Assembly (NCBI GenBank): GCA_040954595.2
Contig: CM082582.2
Coordinates: 8,266,425-8,330,424, forward strand
DNA from: Balanoglossus misakiensis
Lineage: Eukaryota > Animalia > Hemichordata
DNA length: 64,000 nucleotides
Reading direction: 5' to 3'
Both the position numbers and the translations under genes were made by a program. The stretch's first letter is position 1. Each line of letters starts with the position of its first letter. The notes under the pieces are model-generated. The model was not told the DNA's origin. It ran no database searches and saw only the letters and a list, made by a program, of their open reading frames with translations. This document shows, piece after piece, positions 1 through 12,750 of this stretch.

Positions 1-3000
1 ACAAAAAAAAACCATGGGTTATAGCTCAAAAATCATCCAGATGGTCATTTTTCGACGTCGCGAAATTTTCAAATTTCGTGAGAGACAAAAACCATGGGTT
101 ATAGCTCCATGAAAATCATCCACAAATGTCATTTTTCCGACTTCGCGAAATTTCAAAATTTTGGTGGTTTTTCGACAAAAACCATGGGTTATAGCTCATG
201 AAAATCATCCAGAAATGTCAATTTTTCGACTTCGCGAAATTTCAAAATTGGTGGTTTTCGACAAAAACCCATGGGTTATAGCTCATGAAAATCATCCAGA
301 AATGTCAATTTTTCGACTTCGCGAAATTTCAAAATTTGGTGGTTTTTCGACAAAAACATGGGTTATAGCTCATGAAAATCATCCAGAAATGTCAATTTTT
401 CGACTTCGCGAAATTTCAAAATTTGGTGGTTTTCGACAAAAACCATGGGTTATAGCTCATGAAAATCATCCCAGAAATGTCAATTTTTCGACTTCGCGAA
501 ATTTCAAAATTTGGTGGTTTTTCGACAAAAACCATGGGTTATAGCTCATGAAAATCATCCCAGAAATGTCAATTTTTCGACTTCGCGAAATTTCAAAATT
601 TGGTGGTTTTTCGACAAAAACCATGGGTTATAGCTCATGAAAATCAGTCCAGAAATGTCAATTTTTCGACTTCGCGAAATTTCAAAATTTGGTGGTTTTT
701 CGACAAAAACATGGGTTATAGCTCATGAAAATCATCCAGAAATGTCAATTTTTCGACTTCGCGAAATTTCAAAATTTGGTGGTTTTTCGACAAAAACCAT
801 GGGTTATAGCTCATGAAAATCATCCAGAAATGTCAATTTTTCGACTTCGCGAAATTTCAAAATTTGGTGGTTTTTCGACAAAAACCATGGGTTATAGCTC
901 ATGAAAATCATCCAGAAATGTCAATTTTTCGACTTCGCGAAATTTCAAAATTTGGTGGTTTTTCGACAAAAACCATGGGTTATAGCTCATGAAAATCATC
1001 CAGAAATGTCAATTTTTCGACTTCGCGAAATTTCAAAATTTGGTGGTTTTTCGACAAAAACCATGGGTTATAGCTCATGAAAATCATCCAGAAATGTCAA
1101 TTTTTCGACTTCGCGAAATTTCAAAATTTGGTGGTTTTTCGACAAAAACCATGGGTTATAGCTCATGAAAATCGTCCAGAAATGTCAATTTTTCGACTTC
1201 GCGAAATTTCAAAATTTGGTGGTTTTTCGACAAAAACCATGGGTTATAGCTCATGAAAATCAGTCCAGAAATGTCAATTTTTCGACTTCGCGAAATTTCA
1301 AATTTGGTGGTTTTTCGACAAAAACCATGGGTTATAGCTCATGAAAATCGTCCAGAAATGTCAATTTTTCGACTTCGCGAAATTTCAAAATTTGGTGGTT
1401 TTTCGACAAAAACCATGGGTTATAGCTCATGAAAATCGTCCAGAAATGTCAATTTTTCGACTTCGCGAAATTTCAAAATTTGGTGGTTTTTCGACAAAAA
1501 CCATGGGTTATAGCTCATGAAAATCATCCAGAAATGTCAATTTTTCGACTTCGCGAAATTTCAAAATTTGGTGGTTTTTCGACAAAAACATGGGTTATAG
1601 CTCATGAAAATCGTCCAGAAATGTCAATTTTTCGACTTCGCGAAATTTCAAAATTTGGTGGTTTTTCGACAAAAACCATGGGTTATAGCTCATGAAAATC
1701 GTCCAGAAATGTCAATTTTTCGACTTCGCGAAATTTCAAAATTTGGTGGTTTTTCGACAAAAACCATGGGTTATAGCTCATGAAAATCGTCCTAGAAATG
1801 TCAATTTTTCGACTTCGCGAAATTTCAAAATTTGGTGGTTTTTCGACAAAAACCATGGGTTATAGCTCATGAAAATCATCCAGAAATGTCAATTTTTCGA
1901 CTTCGCGAAATTTCAAAATTTGGTGGTTTTTCGACAAAAACCATGGGTTATAGCTCATGAAAATCATCCAGAAATGTCAATTTTTCGACTTCGCGAAATT
2001 TCAAAATTTGGTGGTTTTTCGACAAAAACCATGGGTTATAGCTCATGAAAATCATCCAGAAATGTCAATTTTTCGACTTCGCGAAATTTCAAAATTTGGT
2101 GGTTTTTCGACAAAAACCATGGGTTATAGCTCATGAAAATCATCCAGAAATGTCAATTTTTCGACTTCGCGAAATTTCAAAATTTGGTGGTTTTTCGACA
2201 AAAACCATGGGTTATAGCTCATGAAAATCATCCAGAAATGTCAATTTTTCGACTTCGCGAAATTTCAAAATTTGGTGGTTTTTCGACAAAAACCATGGGT
2301 TATAGCTCATGAAAATCATCCAGAAATGTCAATTTTTCGACTTCGCGAATTTCAAAATTTGGTGGTTTTTCGACAAAAACCATGGGTTATAGCTCATGAA
2401 AATCATCCAGAAATGTCAATTTTTCGACATCGCGAAATTTCAAAATTTGGTGGTTTTTCGACAAAAACCATGGGTTATAGCTCATGAAAATCATCCAGAA
2501 ATGTCAATTTTTCGACTTCGCGAAATTTCAAATTTGGTGGTTTTTCGACAAAAACCATGGTTATAGCTCATGAAAATCATCCAGAAATGTCAATTTTTTC
2601 GACTTCGCGAAATTTCAAAATTTGGTGGTTTTTCGACAAAAACCATGGGTTATAGCTCATGAAAATCATCCAGAAATGTCAATTTTTTCGACTTCGCGAA
2701 ATTTCAAAATTTGGTGGTTTTTCGACAAAAACCATGGGTTATAGCTCACGAAAATCATCCAGAAATGTCAATTTTTTCGACTTCGCGAAATTTCAAAATT
2801 TGGTGGTTTTTCGACAAAAACCATGGGTTATAGCTCATGAAAATCATCCAGAAATGTCAATTTTTCGACTTCGCGAAATTTCAAAATTTGGTGGTTTTTC
2901 GACAAAAACCATGGGTTATAGCTCATGAAAATCATCCAGAAATGTCAATTTTTCGACTCGCGAAATTTCAAAATTTGGTGGTTTTTCGACAAAAACCATG

Positions 3001-6000
3001 GGTTATAGCTCATGAAAATCATCCAGAAATGTCAATTTTTCGACTTCGCGAAATTTCAAAATTTGGTGGTTTTTCGACAAAAACCATGGGTTATAGCTCA
3101 TGAAAATCATCCAGAAATGTCAATTTTTCGACTTCGCGAAATTTCAAAATTTGGTGGTTTTTCGACAAAAACCATGGGTTATAGCTCATGAAAATCATCC
3201 AGAAATGTCAATTTTTCGACTTCGCGAAATTTCAAAATTTGGTGGTTTTTCGACAAAAACCATGGGTTATAGCTCATGAAAATCATCCAGAAATGTCAAT
3301 TTTTCGACTTCGCGAAATTTCAAAATTTGGTGGTTTTTCGACAAAAACCATGGGTTATAGCTCATGAAAATCATCCAGAAATGTCAATTTTTCGACTTCG
3401 CGAAATTTCAAAATTTGGTGGTTTTTCGACAAAAACCATGGGTTATAGCTCATGAAAATCATCCAGAAATGTCAATTTTTCGACTTCGCGAAATTTCAAA
3501 ATTTGGTGGTTTTCGACAAAAACCATGGGTTATAGCTCATGAAAATCATCCAGAAATGTTAATTTTTCGACTTCGCGAAATTTCAAAATTTGGTGGTTTT
3601 TCGACAAAAACCATGGGTTATAGCTCATGAAAATCATCCAGAAATGTCAATTTTTCGACTTCGCGAAATTTCAAAATTTGGTGGTTTTTCGACAAAAACC
3701 ATGGGTTATAGCTCATGAAAATCATCCAGAAATGTCAATTTTTCGACTTCGCGAAATTTCAAAATTTGGTGGTTTTTCGACAAAAACCATGGGTTATAGC
3801 TCATGAAAATCATCCAGAAATGTTAATTTTTCGACTTCGCGAAATTTCAAAATTTGGTGGTTTTTCGACAAAAACCATGGGTTATAGCTCATGAAAATCA
3901 TCCAGAAATGTCAATTTTTCGACTTCGCGAAATTTCAAAATTTGGTGGTTTTTCGACAAAAACCATGGGTTATAGCTCATGAAAATCATCCAGAAATGTC
4001 AATTTTTCGACTTCGCGAAATTTCAAATTTGGTGGTTTTTCGACAAAAACCATGGGTTATAGCTCATGAAAATCATCCAGAAATGTCAATTTTTCGACTT
4101 CGCGAAATTTCAAAATTTGGTGGTTTTTCGACAAAAACCATGGGTTATAGCTCATGAAAATCATCCAGAAATGTCAATTTTTCGACTTCGCGAAATTTCA
4201 AAATTTGGTGGTTTTTCGACAAAAACCATGGGTTATAGCTCATGAAAATCATCCAGAAATGTCAATTTTTCGACTTCGCGAAATTTCAAAATTTGGTGGT
4301 TTTTCGACAAAAACCATGGGTTATAGCTCATGAAAATCATCCAGAAATGTCAATTTTTCGACTTCGCGAAATTTCAAAATTTGGTGGTTTTTCGACAAAA
4401 ACCATGGGTTATAGCTCATGAAAATCATCCAGAAATGTCAATTTTTCGACTTCGCGAAATTTCAAAATTTGGTGGTTTTTCGACAAAAACCATGGGTTAT
4501 AGCTCATGAAAATCATCCAGAAATGTCAATTTTTCGACTTCGCGAAATTTCAAAATTTGGTGGTTTTTCGACAAAAACCATGGGTTATAGCTCATGAAAA
4601 TCATCCAGAAATGTCAATTTTTCGACTTCGCGAAATTTCAAAATTTGGTGGTTTTTCGACAAAAACCATGGGTTATAGCTCATGAAAATCATCCAGAAAT
4701 GTCAATTTTTCGACATCGCCAAATTTCAAAATTTGGTGGTTTTTCGACAAAAACCATGGGTTATAGCTCATGAAAATCATCCAGAAATGTCAATTTTTCG
4801 ACTTCGCGAAATTTCAAAATTTGGTGGTTTTTCGACAAAAACCATGGGTTATAGCTCATGAAAATCATCCAGAAATGTCAATTTTTCGACTTCGCGAAAT
4901 TTCAAAATTTGGTGGTTTTTCGACAAAAACCATGGGTTATAGCTCATGAAAATCATCCAGAAATGTCAATTTTTTCGACTTCGCGAAATTTCAAAATTTG
5001 GTGGTTTTTCGACAAAAACCATGGGTTATAGCTCATGAAAATCATCCAGAAATGTCAATTTTTTCGACTTCGCGAAATTTCAAAATTTGGTGGTTTTTCG
5101 ACAAAAACCATGGGTTATAGCTCACGAAAATCATCCAGAAATGTCAATTTTTTCGACTTCGCGAAATTTCAAAATTTGGTGGTTTTTCGACAAAAACCAT
5201 GGGTTATAGCTCACGAAAATCATCCAGAAATGTCAATTTTTCGACTTCGCGAAATTTCAAAATTTGGTGGTTTTTCGACAAAAACCATGGGTTATAGCTC
5301 ATGAAAATCATCCAGAAATGTCAATTTTTCGACCTCGCGAAATTTCAAAATTGGTGGTTTTTCGACAAAAACCATGGGTTATAGCTCATGAAAATCATCC
5401 AGAAATGTCAATTTTTCGACTTCGCGAAATTTCAAAATTTGGTGGTTTTTCGACAAAAACCATGGGTTATAGCTCATGAAAATCATCCAGAAATGTCAAT
5501 TTTTCGACTTCGCGAAATTTCAAAATTTGGTGGTTTTTCGACAAAAACCATGGGTTATAGCTCATGAAAATCATCCAGAAATGTCAATTTTTCGACTTCG
5601 CGAAATTTCAAAATTTGGTGGTTTTTCGACAAAAACCATGGGTTATAGCTCATGAAAATCATCCAGAAATGTCAATTTTTCGACTTCGCGAAATTTCAAA
5701 ATTTGGTGGTTTTTCGACAAAAACCATGGGTTATAGCTCATGAAAATCATCCAGAAATGTCAATTTTTCGACTTCGCGAAATTTCAAAATTTGGTGGTTT
5801 TCGACAAAAACCATGGGTTATAGCTCATGAAAATCATCCAGAAATGTCAATTTTTCGACTTCGCGAAATTTCAAAATTTGGTGGTTTTTCGACAAAAACC
5901 ATGGGTTATAGCTCATGAAAATCATCCAGAAATGTCAATTTTTCGACTTCGCGAAATTTCAAAATTTGGTGGTTTTTCGACAAAACCATGGGTTATAGCT

Positions 6001-9000
6001 CATGAAAATCATCCAGAAATGTTAATTTTTCGACTTCGCGAAATTTCAAAATTTGGTGGTTTTTCGACAAAAACCATGGGTTATAGCTCATGAAAATCAT
6101 CCAGAAATGTCAATTTTCGACTTCGCGAAATTTCAAAATTTGGTGGTTTTTCGACAAAAACCATGGGTTATAGCTCATGAAAATCATCCAGAAATGTCAA
6201 TTTTTCGACTTCGCGAAATTTCAAAATTTGGTGGTTTTTCGACAAAAACCATGGGTTATAGCTCATGAAAATCATCCAGAAATGTTAATTTTTCGACTTC
6301 GCGAAATTTCAAAATTTGGTGGTTTTTCGACAAAAACCATGGGTTATAGCTCATGAAAATCATCCAGAAATGTCAATTTTTCGACTTCGCGAAATTTCAA
6401 AATTTGGTGGTTTTTCGACAAAAACCATGGGTTATAGCTCATGAAAATCATCCAGAAATGTCAATTTTTCGACTTCGCGAAATTTCAAAATTTGGTGGTT
6501 TTTCGACAAAAACCATGGGTTATAGCTCATGAAAATCATCCAGAAATGTCAATTTTCGACTTCGCGAAATTTCAAAATTTGGTGGTTTTTCGACAAAAAC
6601 CATGGGTTATAGCTCATGAAAATCATCCAGAAATGTCAATTTTTCGACTTCGCGAAATTTCAAAATTTGGTGGTTTTTCGACAAAAACCATGGGTTATAG
6701 CTCATGAAAATCATCCAGAAATGTCAATTTTTCGACTTCGCGAAATTTCAAAATTTGGTGGTTTTTCGACAAAAACCATGGGTTATAGCTCATGAAAATA
6801 ATCCAGAAATGTCAATTTTTCGACTTCGCGAAATTTCAAAATTTGGTGGTTTTTCGACAAAAACCATGGGTTATAGCTCATGAAAATCATCCAGAAATGT
6901 CAATTTTTCGACTTCGCGAAATTTCAAAATTTGGTGGTTTTTCGACAAAAACCATGGGTTATAGCTCATGAAAATCATCCAGAAATGTCAATTTTTCGAC
7001 TTCGCGAAATTTCAAAATTTGGTGGTTTTCGACAAAAACCATGGGTTATAGCTCATGAAAATCATCCAGAAATGTCAATTTTTTCGACTTCGCGAAATTT
7101 CAAAATTTGGTGGTTTTTCGACAAAAACCATGGGTTATAGCTCATGAAAATCATCCAGAAATGTCAATTTTTTCGACTTCGCGAAATTTCAAAATTTGGT
7201 GGTTTTTCGACAAAAACCATGGGTTATAGCTCATGAAAATCATCCAGAAATGTCAATTTTTCGACTTCGCGAAATTTCAAAATTTGGTGGTTTTTCGACA
7301 AAAACCATGGGTTATAGCTCATGAAAATCATCCAGAAATGTCAATTTTTCGACTTCGCGAAATTTCAAAATTTGGTGGTTTTTCGACAAAAACCATGGGT
7401 TATAGCTCATGAAAATCATCCAGAAATGTCAATTTTTCGACTTCGCGAAATTTCAAAATTTGGTGGTTTTTCGACAAAAACCATGGGTTATAGCTCATGA
7501 AAATCATCCAGAAATGTCAATTTTTCGACTTCGCGAAATTTCAAAATTTGGTGGTTTTTCGACAAAAACCATGGGTTATAGCTCATGAAAATCATCCAGA
7601 AATGTCAATTTTTCGACTTCGCGAAATTTCAAAATTTGGTGGTTTTTCGACAAAAACCATGGGTTATAGCTCATGAAAATCATCCAGAAATGTCAATTTT
7701 TTCGACTTCGCGAAATTTCAAAATTTGGTGGTTTTTCGACAAAAACCATGGGTTATAGCTCATGAAAATCATCCAGAAATGTCAATTTTTTCGACTTCGC
7801 GAAATTTCAAAATTTGGTGGTTTTTCGACAAAAACCATGGGTTATAGCTCATGAAAATCATCCAGAAATGTCAATTTTTCGACTTCGCGAAATTTCAAAA
7901 TTTGGTGATTTTCGACAAAACCATGGGTTATAGCTCATGAAAATCATCCAGAAATGTCAATTTTTCGACTTCGCGAAATTTCAAAATTTGGTGGTTTTTC
8001 GACAAAAACCATGGGTTATAGCTCATGAAAATCATCCAGAAATGTCAATTTTTCGACTTCGCGAAATTTCAAAATTTGGTGGTTTTTCGACAAAAACCAT
8101 GGGTTATAGCTCATGAAAATCATCCAGAAATGTCAATTTTTCGACTTCGCGAAATTTCAAAATTTGGTGGTTTTTCGACAAAAACCATGGGTTATAGCTC
8201 ATGAAAATCATCCAGAAATGTCAATTTTTCGACTTCGCGAAATTTCAAATTTGGTGGTTTTTCGACAAAAACCATGGGTTATAGCTCATGAAAATCATCC
8301 AGAAATGTCAATTTTTCGACTTCGCGAAATTTCAAAAATTTGGTGGTTTTTCGACAAAACCATGGGTTATAGCTCATGAAAATCATCCAGAAATGTCAAT
8401 TTTTCGACTTCGCGAAATTTCAAAATTTGGTGGTTTTTCGACAAAAACCATGGGTTATAGCTCATGAAAATCATCCAGAAATGTCAATTTTTCGACTTCG
8501 CGAAATTTCAAAATTTGGTGGTTTTTCGACAAAAACCATGGGTTATAGCTCATGAAAATCATCCAGAAATGTCAATTTTTCGACTTCGCGAAATTTCAAA
8601 ATTTGGTGGTTTTTCGACAAAAACCATGGGTTATAGCTCATGAAAATCGTCCAGAAATGTCAATTTTTCGACTTCGCGAAATTCAAAATTTGGTGGTTTT
8701 TCGACAAAAACCATGGGTTATAGCTCATGAAAATCGTCCAGAAATGTCAATTTTTCGACTTCGCGAAATTTCAAAATTTGGTGGTTTTTCGACAAAAACC
8801 ATGGGTTATAGCTCATGAAAATCATCCAGAAATGTCAATTTTTCGACTTCGCGAAATTTCAAAATTTGGTGGTTTTTCGACAAAAACCATGGGTTATAGC
8901 TCATGAAAATCGTCCAGAAATGTCAATTTTTCGACTTCGCAAAAATTTCAAAATTTGGTGGTTTTTCGACAAAAACCATGGGTTATAGCTCATGAAAATC

Positions 9001-9917
9001 ATCCAGAAATGTCAATTTTTTCGACTTCGCGAAATTTCAAAATTTGGTGGTTTTTCGACAAAAACCATGGGTTATAGCTCATGAAAATCATCCAGAAATG
9101 TCAATTTTTCGACTTCGCGAAATTTCAAAATTTGGTGGTTTTTCGACAAAAACCATGGGTTATAGCTCATGAAAATCATCCAGAAATGTCAATTTTTCGA
9201 CTTCGCGAAATTTCAAAATTTGGTGGTTTTTCGACAAAAACCATGGGTTATAGCTCATGAAAATCATCCAGAAATGTCAATTTTTCGACTTCGCGAAATT
9301 TCAAAATTTGGTGGTTTTTCGACAAAAACCATGGGTTATAGCTCATGAAAATCATCCAGAAATGTCAATTTTTCGACTTCGCGAAATTTCAAAATTTGGT
9401 GGTTTTTCGACAAAAACCATGGGTTATAGCTCATGAAAATCATCCAGAAATGTCAATTTTTCGACTTCGCGAAATTTCAAAATTTGGTGGTTTTTCGACA
9501 AAAACCATGGGTTATAGCTCATGAAAATCATCCAGAAATGTCAATTTTTCGACTTCGCGAAATTTCAAAATTTGGTGGTTTTTCGACAAAACCATGGGTT
9601 ATAGCTCATGAAAATCGTCCAGAAATGTCAATTTTTCGACTTCGCGAAATTTCAAAATTTGGTGGTTTTTCGACAAAAACCATGGGGTTATAGCTCATGA
9701 AAATCGTCCAGAAATGTCAATTTTTCGACTTCGCGAAATTTCAAAATTTGGTGGTTTTTCGACAAAAACCATGGGTTATAGCTCATGAAAATCGTCCAGA
9801 AATGTCAATTTTTCGACTTCGCAAAAATTTCAAATTTGGTGGTTTATCGACAAAAACCATGGGTTATAGCTCATGAAAATCATCCAGAAATGTCAATTTT
9901 TCGACTTCGCGAAATTT
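1..9917. repeat. Tandem satellite DNA, 88-bp monomer, about 112 copies
   Basis: Consensus ccatgggttatagctcatgaaaatcatccagaaatgtcaatttttcgacttcgcgaaatttcaaaatttggtggtttttcgacaaaaa (88 bp; e.g. copies start at 1941 and 2029). Copies are head-to-tail and nearly identical. Differences are mostly homopolymer indels plus a few shared SNPs. The first ~130 bp are degraded. The array ends sharply at ...gcgaaattt|gtac. Confidence 0.99.
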
Positions 9918-9952
9918 GTACACAACACGTTTCATAAATCACTTTCTTGTCG

Positions 9953-10298
9953 TGTTAGTATGCGCCTCCGGGAACAGATTTTCAGGAAAAAAATTATAGT
10001 TCCCACAACCGATCAATTTTTGCTGTGTTAATAAAAGTGTGCGAAGAGTCATTTTGAAAGTAGAGATGTACACCGTCGTTTTTATAAAAAAATCAGGAAT
10101 TGAAATTTTCTCTATTATAGATAACTATGATTGCCATTTTTATATCCAAATTTGAGGCAATTTAGCCCTGTCATACAAAATTTCGCATGATGATCCCCAA
10201 TTTTTTTTTCACAACGTTAAGCGGGAAGAATCTAAAGTTGCCTTGAGCAAAATAGGAGAACAAGTCTAAGACTTCGATTTTCGAGGTGCATATTTACC
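9953..10298. mobile_element. Degenerate non-autonomous DNA transposon (MITE-like), ~345 bp
   Basis: Imperfect terminal inverted repeats gtatgcgcctc (9958-9968) and gaggtgcatat (10283-10293), 9/11 match, around an AT-rich non-coding interior. From memory it resembles TTAA-flanked Kolobok-like MITEs of invertebrate deuterostomes (unverified). No intact TSD is visible. Confidence 0.5.
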
Positions 10299-11038
10299 CG
10301 ACAATGCCAATTTGTGATAAATAATGGAAGTCTAGTTTATGGTCCGTCTTGACTACATTTGAATAATGTGATTTTAAAATGTTCAGTAGGCTAACACATG
10401 TCGACTTTATCTGATTGCGAATTGGGCAACAGGTATGCATGATAGCAATACATACATGGGTAAAATCGGAAAAAACAAGGTCAAAATAAGAAGTTTACGG
10501 TTTAGGTTTCAATAGAACAATTCTGTATTATCAAACCATAAAGTGTTGAACCAGATGGTTAAAATGGATGGGTTTCTATGGCAATAGTTGCCTGCTGTAA
10601 TTAGGCAAGCAAGACGTGCGCATAATATGATTGGAGCCAGTCATTGTTCGCCTGCATAACTGCCCTCAGTGTCAGCTATGACGCAACCACAAGGTCACGT
10701 GATCTCAGCATGGCGTACTGGCTTTGTTTGGCCAGTCTTCTTACCGCCCCCAGTGTTCAAATGCATGACTGCTTTCTTTTTGACAGGCGTAAGAATACAC
10801 AGCCTAGCCACTGCCATTGATCGTCATGTTTGTTCCCTTGTGATGTCGTGATTTTTCCATGTTTTTCCCCGCATTTTGTTAATTTGTCATGGATTTCAGT
10901 CAGGGTTGATATTCAAAGGGAAAGCCATGAACACAGTACATTTACAGTAATGTGTAAAGAAGCTGTTGGTATGCATGGTGACCTTCATCATTAAAAAAAA
11001 ACAAGCTAGACACCATTTTTTTTTGAACATAGAAAAAC

Positions 11039-11044
11039 TTTAAT
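11039..11044 (-). terminator. Candidate polyadenylation signal (ATTAAA) for the GSE1-like gene
   Basis: tttaat on + about 1 kb downstream of the stop codon, in an AU-rich 3'UTR-like stretch. Alternatives are ATTAAA at 11083-11088 and AATAAA at 11610-11615. Confidence 0.35.
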
Positions 11045-12081
11045 AATAGTTTCTTCTCTCTCATAAAAGATACCCTATAAAGTTTAATAACATCATCTTC
11101 TGGTCCTGGTGTTTAAAGCTTAAATAACAATAAAAAGAAATCCACTATTCTAAAAACATGACAGTCTTTGAAGAAAAAAGTCACAATAAATTAGACAATA
11201 ATATAGGAGAAAAGTATTTCCACGCTTTAAAAGACAGAAAAAACTCTGTTGACCAACTAAACATCTATGAACTTTGTGAAACACTGAAATATCTAAAGCT
11301 CTCTAAGAAAAAAGTCCAATATCACATCTTTTTCCTAAATATTTCACATGATTGGTGATTGCGAACAAGTTCTCTCGCTGGCTATGAAAATCTTCTTCAT
11401 ATACAAGCAGATCTGTTTTTTTTGGGTTGATTTTTTTGTGTGTCAAAAAATTGTGATATTGCTTCTACATATGCAAAGCTCTATGTTAAACCAAAGTCTT
11501 CTCATCTCAAGATTCAAAATACTTTTTTAAAAATTTTGTACAATATCCAGTAAAGTTGCTATTAGAATTTAACATCATGTGAATAGATTCTCAATTATTT
11601 GCATTACAATTTATTTGTTAAAAAGTGAGATTTTTTTCTTAAAATTTCAGTGGTCCCGATTGATATCTTTGTGACTTTCATGGGCAGCACTTGTACTGCA
11701 GGTACATTTTACTGCATAATTTCTGTTATATTATACACAACTCAGCCCTTTTTAAAGATGTCCAGTGCTTCAGCCAGATTGCTCAAGTCATAATGTCTTT
11801 CACAGATTAAAGCTAAACAGTATCTCTGAATTGTGTTGTGTTGAACAACATTTGCGAAAAAGTTGTGAAAATTTACACCGGGTTTAACTGCATTGTCGTT
11901 CACATCTGGGGAAGAGAAAGGGTCACACCATTTTTTTTTAATTACCAGTCGTTGCTTCGCATCTTTCGTCAAAATTACAAAGCCCTGATTACTGGGTAAC
12001 TCTATGACGTCCCTCTCGGCAGCTGTGTAGCAATCTTTTCCGTCTCTCTCTCTCTCTCGGAGCACGTGCGGTGTTTTCACT

Positions 12082-12177
12082 TTACGCGATCTGTTTCACA
12101 CAGTTCGTCAGCGTGTTGAGGGCGGTTTTACACTTCATATGCTCTTCTTCCAACTTGAGCTTGGAATTGCTGAGGTC
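12082..12177 (-). CDS. GSE1: GSE1 last coding exon (DLSNSKLKLEEEHMKCKTALNTLTNCVKQIA*)
   Basis: Acceptor ctctctccattag|GAC, phase 0, 32 codons ending in TAA at 12084-12082. Completes the C-terminal coiled coil. Confidence 0.88.
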   Translation of the reverse strand, partial: DLSNSKLKLEEEHMKCKTALNTLTNCVKQIA

Positions 12178-12703
12178 CTAATGGAGAGAGAGAAAGAAAC
12201 AACAAAAATTAAGTCACAAAAGTCTTCAAAAATGTTTCCAATATCTTCTTTTGATTCACAAATACAAACTCAACAAAAGTAACAAACCACTGTAACATTT
12301 TTGCTATTTTTTAATGTTTTATATTCTGTTTATCACTATATGCACAGTACTTAGATTATCAACATAGCCCATATGTGTGTAAGAGTTTCATTCTCAAGTG
12401 ACACCCTTTAACCCTTGAACCCTGACCCCTTGTGACCTATGGCATGCATGATTTATACCACCACTTCCTGAGTGTTTAAAAAGATTTAATAGCGAAATTA
12501 CTAAAAGGGGCTAAACTGCACTGACATGTCATAAAATGCAAGAACTGATGTGGTAATGAAATTTCATTTTTCAGTGCTGATAGTCAAGAATTGAAAGACA
12601 TGTACTGATTAAGCAAACATGGTAAATGAAGTATATGATCAGCTGTAGATGATATATTTCTGTAATAAGCACATTAACTTTTTGATCTGAACATAACATG
12701 CAG

Positions 12704-12750
<47 letters not shown>

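Noticed and set aside
1928-1947. CENP-B box in the monomer (tttcgacaaaaaccatggg)
   Set aside because: It matches TTCG-N4-A but not the required N2-CGGG spacing.
161-9693. Repeated 70-127 aa ORFs (MKIIQKCQFFDFAKFQ...) in the satellite
   Set aside because: They are translations of an 88-bp unit, which is not a multiple of 3. ORFs appear only where indels shift the frame, so there is no coding signal.
1-9917. CRISPR array or telomeric repeat
   Set aside because: There are no unique spacers, the whole 88-bp unit repeats, no cas genes are present, and the context is eukaryotic. No TTAGGG-type repeat occurs.
11742-12080. 112-aa minus-strand ORF directly after the GSE1 stop (readthrough or second cistron)
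   Set aside because: It has a GTG start, is in a different frame from the CDS, follows a non-leaky TAA-A stop context, includes an (AG)n run and has no recognisable domain. Best read as 3'UTR.
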